DNA of 63,335 bases, counting the filler, from Octopus bimaculoides (Eukaryota): assembly GCF_001194135.2 (NCBI RefSeq). It is 6 parts of 6 records of this genome, joined end to end, with 100 filler letters (N's around TTAATTAATTAA, not from the genome) between each part and the next. Parts side by side here need not be neighbours in the genome. Positions count along the whole stretch, not along the records: positions 7,280 to 32,403 come from NC_068983.1; positions 32,504 to 40,813 come from NC_068994.1; 4 more parts are not named here. One strand, 5' to 3'. The notes beneath the pieces were generated by a model that saw only the letters and a list, made by a program, of their open reading frames with translations, ran no database searches and was not told the DNA's origin. A program made the position numbers and the translations under genes. Numbering within the stretch: position 1 is the first letter of the stretch; every line of letters starts with the position of its first letter. Shown here piece by piece: positions 27,331 through 40,913 of this stretch.

Positions 27331-28149
27331 CGAATATTTTAATGAAACGTATATGAACATAAAATGAACACATTACAAATATGATAATGTGATAATGATG
27401 ATCGTAAATACGGATATTATTGATATAAAATTACAATCACACTGAAGATGAAATTATATTACTATACAATGGCATGGACGAAGATAATACGGAAAAGAAG
27501 TGAGGAGGACTAGGATGATGGACAATAAAATCATCTGTGTAAAAGTGCAGAGCACCATGTGCATCTATTACAAGCGTACCGGTAAGAGCTTTCTGCGGTG
27601 AGGTGGGTAAATGGGAAACAGAAAACAAAGAAGACAGCAACAAATATACAAATCATAGAGACTGCTTTTCTCAGAACACCACTGGCTGCAGCACTGGAAA
27701 AATTGGAAAATATCACCTTGTATTCAGTTATAAATGCCGACGAATATTTTCACCTATAACTAGACTAGCAGAATCAGCCCGAGATATTGAGACAATAGGG
27801 AGGAAAAGCATGCAAAATATAGGATGAAGGCCGTTTGTGACAATGTAACTAAAAAAAAAATTACAAGAACACAGGGAGACAAACTCGCGCACAACCAATA
27901 GAGAGAGCACCACGCTTCAGTTACAAATTGAATAAAATCATCAAAAACGAGCCCTTGCTTTCTGGAAACCGCTAGGACAATATGCAATAGATATTTGAAT
28001 GGCCTATGGGTGGAAAACCGTGGCTGGTATACTGGACGTATTCTATGCGTTATTATATAAATAATCTGGTGGTGAAAACTACGGTATATATAAAAACCCT
28101 CTAAAGAGGATGTAGTTCTTCCAAAGCATTCTAACCCCCATAAATCACA

Positions 28150-28340
28150 GGGGATTAATCGAGTCAAGCCGCATCTTGTTCGTCTTTACGTTCTGAATTC
28201 AAATTCCACCGAGGTCGAATTTGCCTTTCATCCATCGGGGTCGATTAAATGAGTATCAGTGTAGCATTGGTGTCGATATAATCGATTTACCTCCATCCCG
28301 AACACTTGCTGGCCTTGTGCCAAAACTTGAAATTTATTAT
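28150..28340 (+). mobile_element. Family B SINE
   Basis: GAATTCAAATTCCACCGAGGTCGAATTTGCCTTTCATCCATCGGGGTCGATTAAATGAGTATCAG. Confidence 0.75.
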
Positions 28341-30049
28341 TTCCATTTGTTTTAATGTCCTCACTTTTTAATAATACTTTGTTAATACTGTATAAATATT
28401 AAACTTGTATGTTTCCAAATATGACTGCATTTCAATTTTGATTTTTATTTCATTTGTTACGACCTTTAGTTATTTGTGCCACAAGTTGATGTAAAGGTGT
28501 TGTTCAGATTTTGATTTTAACCATGATTATTTTTTATTTTTTATTCTGATAATATTATTGATATTAATTTATTTTTTGAGAACCATTGAGGTTTCTGATC
28601 ACTTAAAAGGTTACTTGTAAATGAGTTCAAGATAATCCTTCTTTCTCCTTGAAATTGTATTCATAAAGTTATTTTTTATACTGCTGAACATTTTTCGTAA
28701 TTATTGCAGTTACCCTACATTGAGAAAACATATGAATATTCCTACATATCGTCATTAGCACGTCTTATACTACCTATGTATGAGTTACCCTTCTTCATTT
28801 TATATACATATATGCATGTGTGTGCGCGTGTGTATAAGTTTGCACGAACGCGTGTGTCACTGTGTGAATATGTCGAAACATTATGGCTAATTAATTTAGA
28901 AGTTCGCTTCGCAAGCATGGTTTCCCGATTTTCATACAATTCTGTGGCACAGTTCGTAATTAAAATTTATTCTCATCACTAGATGACCTTTGTTTTGTGA
29001 ACTTGGGTAATGTAAACTGTTTCGAAATTAATTGGTTATGTTGAACTTTTATTTTCAAATGTAATGGCTTGCCCCACACTGCGCCACGCTGATTCTGCAC
29101 ATGAATTCAATTACGAGTACCACAGTAATTAACACCTTAAATCAGGATTATGCTACTCAGCTGATCTACCAAATGATACATCATCTAGTTATCTGAGTGC
29201 ATATGCGTGTTTGTGTGACTATGGGTGCTTATGCGTGTGTGTGTATGCGTGCAAGTGTGTGTGTGTTCGCGCGTGTATCACGCTCACAATTATCTATTTG
29301 TCATTCTTGAACATTAGGCTCCCGTATATCATATCTCACTGAAAATAACTGGAATTATATTTTCCGTGTCTGTTTTGTGCTAGGTGAAAAAAAAAAATAA
29401 AAGGGACAGATCGGGTTACGACATATATCTTCACACTTTCCATTGCTTGCCAAATGTTTATTATTGTACAACGATCAACACCGTAGCACAAAGACGATAA
29501 TTTGAAGCAACGTTATACAGCATTTATTAAAATAGCTCTGCAAACAATGTATCCATATTCACTTATTAAAATTGTTTCTCAAGCGGAATTTTACAGTTAG
29601 TCTATTGAAACTTAATAATGAACATTTGCATTATACATATAAAAATCTCCTTCACTGCGTTTTATATATAAAGTTAAATATATCACAATATGGTTAAATA
29701 TATTTTATGATTGTGTAAATACTCATGAATATTTGGTAAGTATTTTCTGATATACATTCTTCTTCATTCATTTTACTTTTATAAGTATATAAATTATATG
29801 ATTTTATTGTAAAATATTTATTAACGAGAATATTTCAAATATTTATACATGTTTAAAACTTTATGTACATGGAATAAGAACATTACGTGTCTTCGCAATA
29901 GTTAAATACATGTGAAATCACCCCAAAAGGCTAAAAGTAAAACATATGCATGATATATACCTGATTATATTACACTTCGCTGTAAAATCACTCTCTATGT
30001 CTCTCTGTTTCTCTTTCATATTCACACACTATCTGCATATGATTCTCTC

Positions 30050-30097
<48 letters not shown>

Positions 30098-30256
30098 NNN
30101 NNNNNNNNNNNNNNNNNNNNNNNNNNNNNNNNNNNNNNNNNNNNNNNNNNNNNNNNNNNNNNNNNNNNNNNNNNNNNNNNNNNNNNNNNNNNNNNNNNNN
30201 NNNNNNNNNNNNNNNNNNNNNNNNNNNNNNNNNNNNNNNNNNNNNNNNNNNNNNTA

Positions 30257-30548
30257 TAAGTAATAATAGATCTCTGAACATGGTATAAACAATAATTGCA
30301 CGACAACGTGATATACATTTGCCATTGAAATGTGGCTAACCGCAAAGGGTGGATGCTACTGTAGCTTGTAGCCCCAAGAGGACACCTCCTCTAGCTGGCT
30401 ATTGACATACTATCTGTGCTTCCATTTGCAAATACTGATAGGGCACAGAAAGTGTGTCAATAGACAACTGGAGGGGGTGTCCTCCTGGGGCTACAAGCTA
30501 CAGTAGCATCCACCCTCAGCGGTTAGCCACATTTAAGTGTCAAATAAG
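30257..30548. mobile_element. Palindromic (foldback) MITE, centre without insertion
   Basis: Arms are symmetric about ATTTGCAAAT (e.g. GGGTGGATGCTACTGTAGCTTGTAGCCCCA / TGGGGCTACAAGCTACAGTAGCATCCACCC). Same family as 61456-61875. Confidence 0.85.
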
Positions 30549-30859
30549 TGTTCTCAACAGAGGCGTCTGCATCATTTTGACAATCTCCAGAGAAACAAAC
30601 AGCCGTATGTATGTATGTATGGATGTATGTATGGATGTATGTATGTATGTATGTATGTATGTATGTACATATACATTTTTGATCGCTTGTTATATCGACG
30701 GACCACTAAAATATTTTAGTTGACCATATGAGTATTAATATTTTCTAGAAATGGGGTGTGGTTGATATAGATGTTTCGATTTACGAGGCTTCAATAGACA
30801 GTTGGTGAAGGTTATTAAGCACTTACGTGGAGGTCAATGTCAAACATGTTTATATATGC

Positions 30860-30897
<38 letters not shown>

Positions 30898-30898
30898 G

Positions 30899-30958
<60 letters not shown>

Positions 30959-31355
30959 NNNNNNNNNNNNNNNNNNNNNNNNNNNNNNNNNNNNNNNNNN
31001 NNNNNNNNNNNNNNNNNNNNNNNNNNNNNNNNNNNNNNNNNNNNNNNNNNNNNNNNNNNNNNNNNNNNNNNNNNNNNNNNNNNNNNNNNNNNNNNNNNNN
31101 NNNNNNNNNNNNNNNNNNNNNNNNNNNNNNNNNNNNNNNNNNNNNNNNNNNNNNNNNNNNNNNNNNNNNNNNNNNNNNNNNNNNNNNNNNNNNNNNNNNN
31201 NNNNNNNNNNNNNNAATATTATCTCAGTTATTAAAACTTTCCATAATTTAAATACGTTTATAGTTACCAGAGGTAGCAAAATTACACTGAAAAACATGAT
31301 GTCACAGCCGTTTTACAGGTAGATATACCAAGTTAAAGTGATACATTTTGAGAAG

Positions 31356-32360
31356 ATATGGATAGTAATAAATGGAGCAAAATGCATTTCAATAATGGTT
31401 CCTTTAATTCCTACACATGTTGCGAAATAAATGATAAATACTTTCACAAAGGAGAAAGAGCTGTTGGGGTTCCTCATTTATTTCTCTTCAGGGAGTTCAT
31501 AATAAAACATGTAATAGCAAGACAAAAACGAAATGATGGGGTAACTTAAGAGCAGAGATGTTACATGGTCAGTGACCGTTAGAAGGTTTGTTTACATAGA
31601 GATATAAAGGGATCAACGATATTATTCCATGGGCTTTAGGAATAAGAACGCTAGTTTACATAGAGATATAAAGGGATGGCGTTTTTGACGTGGTGCTAAA
31701 GGTTAACACCAAAGAGTTATTTGAATATAGAGAGATAAGTATATTGTGGTTCTATTAAATTAGAGATAGCTAATTGTTGAGTCAAAAAAGAGGGAGGGAA
31801 CTAAGGTAGTGCATCATATGAAGGAACCCAATGACATATTAATCTGTAGCGAAAAAGTAAATAAAATTGAAAGTAACTGAAACATCGTAGTCTAGTGAAT
31901 GTTTACATATGTGTGTGCGTGCGAGCATATACATGAGTACAAACACGTGCGTGCACGTACATGTACACACACATGCATATACACATATACATATACTTAT
32001 GTATACATACCCATACACACACATACACCCATACACATACACACATACACCCATACAGAAACCTTCACATATACATATGCACACACACGCTCACCTATAC
32101 ATACGTACCTGTATATATACAAACATGCAAGTAGCGACACACGCACACACATACATGCATATATGTATATGCACCTACATATATATGTATATATATATAT
32201 ACATATATATACATATGCATACACACATGCCCCCCCACACACACACACACACACGCGCCCCGTGCTCGTACATGTACACACACATGCATATACATATATA
32301 CATACCCATTCACACACATACATATTTTATTGAAATGCATTTTGCTCCATTTATTATTAT

Positions 32361-32366
<6 letters not shown>
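31356..32366. mobile_element. About 1-kb non-autonomous TIR element with 40-bp terminal inverted repeats
   Basis: ATATGGATAGTAATAAATGGAGCAAAATGCATTTCAATAA (31356-31395) and its reverse complement at 32327-32366 with 1 mismatch. No ORF inside. Confidence 0.75.
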
Positions 32367-32403
<37 letters not shown>

Positions 32404-32503
32404 NNNNNNNNNNNNNNNNNNNNNNNNNNNNNNNNNNNNNNNNNNNNTTAATTAATTAANNNNNNNNNNNNNNNNNNNNNNNNNNNNNNNNNNNNNNNNN
32501 NNN

Positions 32504-32875
32504 TAGCCATGCTGGAGCACCACCTTGAAGAATTTTAGTCAAATGAATTGACCACCAGTCCTTATTTTTGTACCCTGGTATGTACTCTGTCACACTCTTT
32601 TGTCGAACTGCTAAGTTATGAGGATGTAAACACACCAACACTGGTTGTCAAGCAGTGGTGGGGTACAAACGCAGATACACACATGCACATATCCATCTGC
32701 CTCCCCCCCCCCCACCACCACAATGGGCTTCTTTCAGTTTCCATCTATCAGATTCACTCACAAGGCTTTGGCTGGCCCGAGGCTGTAGTAGAAGGCTGTT
32801 GCCCAAAGTGCCACGCAGTGAGACGGAACCCGGAACCATGTGGTTGAGATGCAAACTTCTGGCCACACTGTCGTG
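32504..32875 (-). mobile_element. Family C SINE (tRNA-like head, internal microsatellite, GGTGCTCCAGCATGGC tail)
   Basis: Reverse complement matches the head at 46815-47052 and the tail at 40980-41185. Confidence 0.8.
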
Positions 32876-33512
32876 TCTGCACATGCCCTTCTTGTTTCAA
32901 CCTCTTTCCAATGAAGGCTGGATGAATTGTATTGTGCCACCAGCACTAAAGAGGTTGACAAGATTAGAAAAAACAAAAAAAAAAGGTATACTTTACCTCG
33001 TGTCATATTTTATATACCACCTTTGTTCCCCTGACTCTCTCGCTAGCTCTTTTCTATCCACACACACACTCACACACACAATCTCTGTTTTACCCCTCTC
33101 ACTCACATAGACATCTAGTGATTTGGTGACATGAAGTGTGTACATGCATTTGTATTGCCTGTGATTTTGTTAATCTGCAAAGTCGTTTCTGAAAAAATAG
33201 AAGTGGAGAGAAAGGCAGCAGGTATTGTTTTGTGTAATAGCAATGAAACTTGTCTTCTCACCCATATGCATACGTACTGTTATACACTGAACGGCACAAA
33301 CACACTTTCTCCACCCCACTCTCTCTCTCTCCTCTCTCTCCTTTTTCCCCCCTCTCTGTCTACCTCTTCTCCCCATCTCTCTCTCTCTCTCTCAGACGAA
33401 GCAGTCCTTGTAAAATCTGAGCAATGCAAAGGCAGTCACTGAGATGAGGGTGAGGATGGAGTGGTTAACTTATTCAGAACTTGTTATACTTTGTAATGAT
33501 TGTGTTGACAGT

Positions 33513-33543
<31 letters not shown>

Positions 33544-34408
33544 TAGATGATAATGGTGATGTTAGTGATGGTAATGATGGGGACGATTTGTTTTTGATGA
33601 GCAGTTTAGAATGAATAGTTGCAGCTGCTGAAGTGTATTTGTGGAGGTGGTCATTAAGGAACGAATGCTGCTATTCTTCGCAATGATATATATATGCATT
33701 ATGACCATAGCCTATCATTTCTTTTCTCAACTGGCCCTTAACTTTAAGCCCCCTAATTATTGTTGCTGCTAGCCACAGGGCCAGTCTTGATCAAGCAGCT
33801 TTATATGGTCAAAGCTGTTCCAGCTATGGCCCTCCGTCTTATTTTTAGAGATAGTATAGTGTGATTTGAGAGAGAATTGGCTGCTATTTCTAACAGTTTG
33901 AGCAGCCACACAATGGTTCCTCCATTCTGTGTGTGTGTGTGTGTGTGTGACAGAGAGAGAGAGAGATGGATGGGTTCTTCTCAACATCTGTGTTTAGCAT
34001 CAGGGTTCTATATCAGTAGGCAGGTATAGGGCGTAGGGAGCTTGTCTATTTGGTCAGTTTAGTGCCCCTGTTCTGTTCACATGTTGTGAGTGTGAAGGTT
34101 AGTGTACTTGTAGATTGTAAGAAGCTAGCAGTGGCCTCAATTAGAAAAGTGCTCCTAGCTTCCTGTTGTCATGGACATCATCATAACCGTCAATAACAAT
34201 CATCATCTATCGTTTTTATCAACAACACTCTCTTTGTACCACTGTATTTCCTTTTGTGTCTGTATTTTTGCATCTTAAGCGGTCCCTTATTCTCTTTTGT
34301 TTCTCAATGTTTCCCTAACTTTCCTTCCATCTTCTACTCTTTTCTCCATCTTTTCCTTACTTTTTATTCCCTTTCTGCTACTCTCTTTCCATATTTCTCT
34401 TCTCTGAG

Positions 34409-34512
34409 TCTTTCTCTCTTCCACTTATCTCTTTCTCTCTTCCACTTATCTCTTTCTCTCTTCCACTTATCTCTTTCTCTCTTCCACTTATCTCTTTCTC
34501 TCTTCCACTTAT
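34409..34512 (+). repeat. 21-bp pyrimidine minisatellite, about 5 units
   Basis: TCTTTCTCTCTTCCACTTATC repeated (SLSLFHL in the ORF track). Confidence 0.9.
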
Positions 34513-34916
34513 CTCTCTCTCTCTCTCTCTCTCTGTCTCCTTCCCTCTCTTCTCTGCCTGCCTATTCATCTGCGTCTCTCTACTCATCTATCTCCTCTTT
34601 TCCTCTACTACTGTATCGCTGTTACTCTACTCATGCGTCGTCTCTCTCTCTAAGCTTTCCACTCACGTCTGTCTGTTTTTCTCTCCTGCCTTTATTCTCG
34701 CTCAGCTCTCATTTCTGCTCATCAACATTTCATCTGGCAGTCTTGAAGAATGATGTCAGAATAGATGAGAAAGAGATAGATAGATAGACAGAGACAGAGA
34801 CAGATAGATAGAGAGATGGTGAATGTGACAGCAGGTGGTACAGTAGAGAGTGATGGAGAGCTTGATATAGAGAAAAAAGGAGAGTGCTTGTGTGAAGGGC
34901 ATGGTAAGAGCAGCTG

Positions 34917-34953
<37 letters not shown>

Positions 34954-35813
34954 ATGGGAGAAGGGAAGAATTGAGCAGCATGTATGACAAACATCCCCCC
35001 TCTATCACTCCACCCCACCACCCATATAGTGCCATCAAATTCCTTCCTCCCCTTCAGTTGGTGCCATCAAGTTCCTGACAACCATCACTGCAACCGCCGC
35101 CACCACCACCACCACCACCAACTCTTCTTTCCTGACTTTCCTGCAGCTGCTGCTGCTGCTGCTGCTACTGCTATTACTTGATGCTGCTACTGTTGTTGTT
35201 AGCTTGGCTGGCAATGACATCATCATCATTGTTCTGTGGATGGCGATGAGACATGAAATGAGATTCTGGAAGAGGAGATGATGAAAGGCATCGTCGTCAT
35301 CATCGTCATCACCACCAGCATCGCTACCGTCATCATCATCATCATCATCATCACTACCACCACCATGACTGTTTNNNNNNNNNNNNNNNNNNNNNNNNNN
35401 NNNNNNNNNNNNNNNNNNNNNNNNNNNNNNNNNNNNNNNNNNNNNNNNNNNNNNNNNNNNNNNNNNNNNNNNNNNNNNNNNNNNNNNNNNNNNNNNNNNN
35501 NNNNNNNNNNNNNNNNNNNNNNNNNNNNNNNNNNNNNNNNNNNNNNNNNNNNNNNNNNNNNNNNNNNNNNNNNNNNNNNNNNNNNNNNNNNNNNNNNNNN
35601 NNNNNNNNNNNNNNNNNNNNNNNNNNNNNNNNNNNNNNNNNNNNNNNNNNNNNNNNNNNNNNNNNNNNNNNNNNNNNNNNNNNNNNNNNNNNNNNNNNNN
35701 NNNNNNNNNNNNNNNNNNNNNNNNNNNNNNNNNNNNNNNNNNNNNNNNNNNNNNNNNNNNNNNNNNNNNNNNNNNNNNNNNNNNNNNNNNNNNNNNNNNN
35801 NNNNNNNNNNNNN

Positions 35814-35851
<38 letters not shown>

Positions 35852-36471
35852 CTTAGGCATTCCAGCCATGACAATCCCATCATTTCTTTCTTCAAGCACT
35901 TGTACTACCTTACACTAGGACTGCATTATCCAATGTCTTTCCCTATTTTATTAATTTTTTTTTTTTTTTTTAATGATAATAGTGGAATTTGAAGGCAATT
36001 TGACTGCTGTTACTAGCAAACTGAGTGCCCATATAGAGGTTCCTTCATTTTAGTGTGGCGATGGTGGTGATAGTAGTAGTGATGGTCGTGCAGTTGGTGG
36101 GGTGGGGTGGAGTGTCTGATGCATGGCAGTAATGTTTATGTATAACAGTAGTGGCTGTTGTTTTTTTAACCCCCTTCCCCCCGTCATTTATGATTTAAAT
36201 AAAGCTTTGATCAAAAGCATTCCAACCACGACCATCTCTTTTTTTTTGGGGGGGGGGGTAAATTTATTACTTTCTCAAATCATACCCTGCTGTCTTAATA
36301 ATGGTGGTTGCTGTGTTTAATAGTGATTGTGGTTGTGTCTAATGGTAGTCATGGTCAGTTGCAGCTGTAGTAGTAGTAGTAGTAGTAGTTCTTTTTGCCC
36401 CCAGGTCAGCCCTAATCAGCCAACTTAAGATCAAAGGACATTCCAACCATGAACAGTGTCTTTTTGTACAC

Positions 36472-36520
<49 letters not shown>

Positions 36521-38009
36521 ATACATGATCAAATTTGTGGGTGACTTGGGTGCTGTTTCTAGCAGACTGAGTCATCACCTAGGTGGTGCATGCATGTGTT
36601 TGTATGCAGCAGTGTAGAGGTAGTGGTTTGTAGGTGTTTAAGTAGTAGTAGTAGTAGTAACGGTAGAGTTGGTGCTGTGTGCTTCTCGGTGATGATTCTG
36701 GTGGTAGTGGCGACTGTTGGAGTTGTTCCATTGGTGAAAGCGTGCTGTTGTTGTTGATGATGATGATGATGATGGTGATGGTGGTGATGGTTGTCACAGT
36801 GAGGGTAATGAATTGTGGCTGCAATAACTTTGTTATTAGGTGTGCTGGCATTAGCGTGTAGCAGTGAGTTTGTGCTTTGGTGTTGGTGTAGGTGAATGCA
36901 TAGAAGTCATAGTTTTGTGTTGTGTTTGATGTTGTTGTTTCTTCTCTCTTGTTAAGCTTTGTTCCGAGCAGACTCATGTAATCTAAAGCAGTCTTTTTTT
37001 AATACTTCAAACATAGGTGTATCTAAGACTACATTTATTCTAATGTGTCCTTTCTTTTGAAAGTTAAGCTGAGATTTTGAGGGAGAATTTTGGTTGCCAT
37101 TTCTAGCATATTGAACAACTGCTTAGAGTTTGTGGTAGTGGTGGTTGTTCTTTTGGTGATAATGACTACAGTGTTGCTGCTGCAGTTGTTGTTGATGGTA
37201 GTGGTGGTGGTGGTGGTGGTGGTGGTAGCTACTGAAGTGGTGTTTGGAAAGCGAAAGTAGATCTAAGCAGCAGTTAATACTGTCTGTTTGGTTAGTTTAG
37301 TGTAAATGTGTGCATGCATGTGCATATGCATGCATTTGAATTTTGTTCAGCACCTTTCACTTTTGTGCCAGTTTTGTGCAGGTTAACATNNNNNNNNNNN
37401 NNNNNNNNNNNNNNNNNNNNNNNNNNNNNNNNNNNNNNNNNNNNNNNNNNNNNNNNNNNNNNNNNNNNNNNNNNNNNNNNNNNNNCGTTGACCATCATCC
37501 ACACCCAACAATTTAGTCATTAATTGAATATGTATATTTCCACCGTGATGTCCTTGAGCAGGGGAGGGCATATATATCACAGCTTCCCACTTCATTCCAT
37601 CTCCAAATTTTGTGCTTACACAGAGCACATCATCATCATCATCATCATCATCAAAATGATGATGTGGGGAGATAATCGAGAGAGTGAAGTGCTAGGCTGC
37701 GGTATTTAGTTTTATTTGAGTCTTGAGTTAATATTCTATTAGCTAATATTCTGTTCAGTATTTATTAACTGGAGAATTCTACAGTTTGGCTTCCTCTGCT
37801 GTTCTGGGTTCAACTCCAGCTGGGGGTGGGGTGCAGTAAGTGTTTACTCTTTATCCTATTGGTAGAAAGAGTTGATAAAATATGTGCCATTAGCCTCTTA
37901 GGGGGTCAAGTCAGTTGACTATGCTCTTCTGAAATGTTTGACCCCTTAATATTATTGTTATTTTTTTTTTCTCGTTTGATTGCCATTTTATTTCATCTTC
38001 CAGCCAAAT

Positions 38010-38164
38010 CTCAACCAGAGACTTTGTTGAGTTGTTGCCAAGGTTGACTTTGCCTTTCATCCTTTCAGGGTTGATGAAATAAGTACCAGTTGTGTTGTGG
38101 GGTCAATGTAATCGACTAGCCTCCACTCCCAAAATTTCAGGTCTTGTGCTTATAGTAGAAAGAA

Positions 38165-38205
<41 letters not shown>

Positions 38206-39065
38206 GGGGTAGTGAGTTGATTGAGTTCAGAGCATTGGACAAAATACATTGTGGTAATTGTTCTAGTTCTTTAAGTCTTAAGTTCGGACTCAACAAACAA
38301 CCATATTGTTATTAATAGTTATCTTATTATAATATTATATTTATTAATAATGGTTTCAAATTTTGGCACAAGGCCAAAAATTTTTAGTGGTGGTGGTGGT
38401 GGTGGTGGTAGTGGTGGGAGTCCATTACATTGACCTTAGTGTTCAACTCATACTTATTTTATTGACCTTGACAGAATTTGAACTCAGAACGTAAAGATAG
38501 ACAAAATACTATGTAACATTTTGTCCGGTGTGCTAACAATTCTGTCAGCTTGCCACCTTATATTATTAACAATAATGATAACATAATATTATTATTATTA
38601 TGGTAAAGGCGGTGAGCTGGCAGAATCTTTAGCACGCCAGGCAAAATGCTTAGTGGTATTTCACCTGTTGTTAGGTTCTGAGTTCAAATGCTGCTGAGGT
38701 CGACTTTGCCTTTCATCCTTTCTGGGTCGATAAATTAAGTACCAGTCGAGCACTGGGGGTCGAAGTAATCGACTTAGCCCCCTCCCCCAAATTTCAGGCT
38801 TTGTGCCTATAGTAGAAAGGATTATTATTATTATGGTAGAAATGGTGACCTACTGTATTGTATATGTGTGTACAATATTTAATTTGACTATTCAACATTT
38901 GTCGTGGTAAACATCAAATTCTGCCAAGATTGATTTTGCTTTTTATCCTGCCAGATTTAATCAAACGAAATACCTAACAGATTGGTGGGGCAATGCTATC
39001 CTTGCACCCTTCCCTTAAAAATATTGGCCTTGTGCCATATTGAAAGAAATTGGTGTTGCAGATAC
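38010..39065. mobile_element. Cluster of family B SINEs (+ 38010-38210, - 38340-38560, + 38608-38835, + 38900-39065)
   Basis: Core and (ATT)n tails are readable in each. 38608-38835 is full length, starting GGCGGTGAGCTGGCAGAATC. Confidence 0.85.
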
Positions 39066-39241
39066 AGTAAGTTGCTAGATCAAAAGCTTTGCTCATTCTC
39101 TTGCATTCTGACTTTAAACTTTGCTTTGACCAACTCTGTCTGTTATCTCTCTAGAGTTGGCAACACAAGTTCTTGTAATATGCTGAGGAGGAAGTCAATC
39201 AAAGTATATATTATTCCATTTTACGTCTGGACCTTCTACTA

Positions 39242-39610
39242 AAGTTGTTGGCACTCCGTCGCTTACGACGTCGAGGGTTCCAGTTGATCCAATCAACAGA
39301 ACAGCCTGCTTGTGAAATTAACGTGCAAGTGGCTGAGCACTCCACAGACACGTGTACCCTTAACGTAGTTCTCGGAGGAGATTCAGCGTGACACAGTGTG
39401 ACAAGGCTGGCCCTTTGAATTACAGGCACAACAGAAACAGGGAGTAATAGTGAGAGACAGTTGTGGTGAAAGAGTACAGCAGGGTTCGCCACCATCCCCT
39501 GCCGGAGCCTTGTGGAGCTTTAGGTGTTTTCGTTCAATAAACACTCACAACGCCCGGTCTGGGAATCGAAACCGCGATCCTATGACCGCGAGTCCGCTGC
39601 CCTAACCACT
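39242..39610 (-). mobile_element. Near full-length family A tRNA-derived SINE with Pol III A/B boxes
   Basis: Minus strand reads AGTGGTTAGGG (A box, 39610-39600) and GGTTTCGATTCC (B box, 39573-39562); the body matches 3760-4051. Confidence 0.9.
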
Positions 39611-40591
39611 CTACTAAAGTAAGAAAGAATTATTATTCTACTTGTGTGTTAGAAAAGAGAGGTTACTCTATGATCTTTCTTGCAAGGGACCATATAAAAG
39701 CTCTCTTATTGGGTTAGGGTTCAAAGCTAATGGTGCAGACCTATGCCTAAAGCCATTCAGTTAGGACCCTTCCTTCCTTTTTGTATACTAGCAACTCCAC
39801 TGCATTCTTCTATATTTAAAACAGTGGGGGTATTATTTGAGGGAGATTTAGCTGTTATTTCTAGCACTTGTATAACTGCATAAAAATTCCCTCATTGGTT
39901 CATTGGTGTCTGAGTTGTAGGAGTTAGTGGTGATATGTTACTGCTAGGATATTCAGATAGATCAGTTATATTGTTATTAACGGGATAATATCTTAAGGCA
40001 TAAAGAACAGTTGGGATAAGTAGATTAAAAGTGATCGCCTCCAGTACATGGCAGAAATCCTTTCTCAAGGTTTTCTTTTCTTCTCTGATAAGCTAACAAA
40101 AGGGCATTTTCTAGTCTGAAAATTATTTTTCTGAATCTCATGTTCGCATCTCTGCCAACCTACCTGCTTACCTGTCCACTTGATTAATCTCTCTCTCCTT
40201 CATCCCCATACATTGACTAATTCACACTCTCTTCCCTCCCTCCTTCCCTCTCTATATCTCCTTTGTTCTTTCCACTCTCTACAAACTCACTTTGTGGCAA
40301 ATGGCACCCCTTACCCTCATTATTTTCCAGATGTAGAAGACAGTTGACCCCTACCAGGATTTGAATTTAGTATGGAGAGAGACAGCAGTAAATACAGTAA
40401 TGCACTGAACTCTTCTGTTGTCTCTGCTACCAATACCACCTCTTCATTAGTCACAGTAATTTCCACTCTAATATATTACTATTTCTCTGTTAGTCTTTGG
40501 TTAATTTCTCATTTCTGTTATCAGTATTTTCCATGGTAATGATAATAATCATCGCATGCTTCAGCCATTTTGTACTATAAATGGCACTAGA

Positions 40592-40623
<32 letters not shown>

Positions 40624-40913
40624 AGATGGATGTATATATATGTACAAGGACTGGGCAGGACACAACATAGTGAACCTGCTACGCATGACAGAACTGAGAC
40701 CATCGGTGAGGGATGATGATGATGATGATAATGGTGTGTGTGTGTGTGTGTTTATGTACCAAAGCAGGTGGTTCTGTTAGTACTCTCCATTTCCTGAGAG
40801 GACTGCATAGAAGNNNNNNNNNNNNNNNNNNNNNNNNNNNNNNNNNNNNNNNNNNNNTTAATTAATTAANNNNNNNNNNNNNNNNNNNNNNNNNNNNNNN
40901 NNNNNNNNNNNNN

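Larger units (their letters stand above)
33770..39895 (+). mobile_element. Cluster of about 6 short copies of one LINE-like 3'-tail repeat embedded in (GTG)n/(GAT)n-rich DNA
   Basis: The motif GATCAAAGGCATTCCAGCCATGACCATC...GGAGATTTGGCTGCTATTTCTAGCA recurs near 33770, 35856, 36190, 36395, 36975-37130 and 39680. Family assignment is uncertain. Confidence 0.6.

Noticed and set aside
27760-28167. 135-aa minus-strand ORF with hydrophobic C-terminus
   Set aside because: No recognisable domain. It overlaps a SINE, and the + strand looks like a decayed RLE-retroelement C-terminus (FLETARTICNRYL).
39540-39610. tRNA gene
   Set aside because: A and B boxes are present but run straight into a SINE body repeated at 3760-4051; no complete cloverleaf.
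39905-39990. LRR-like minus-strand peptide NNNITDLSEYPSSNISPL
   Set aside because: No GT donor at a suitable position and a poor LxxLxLxxN match.
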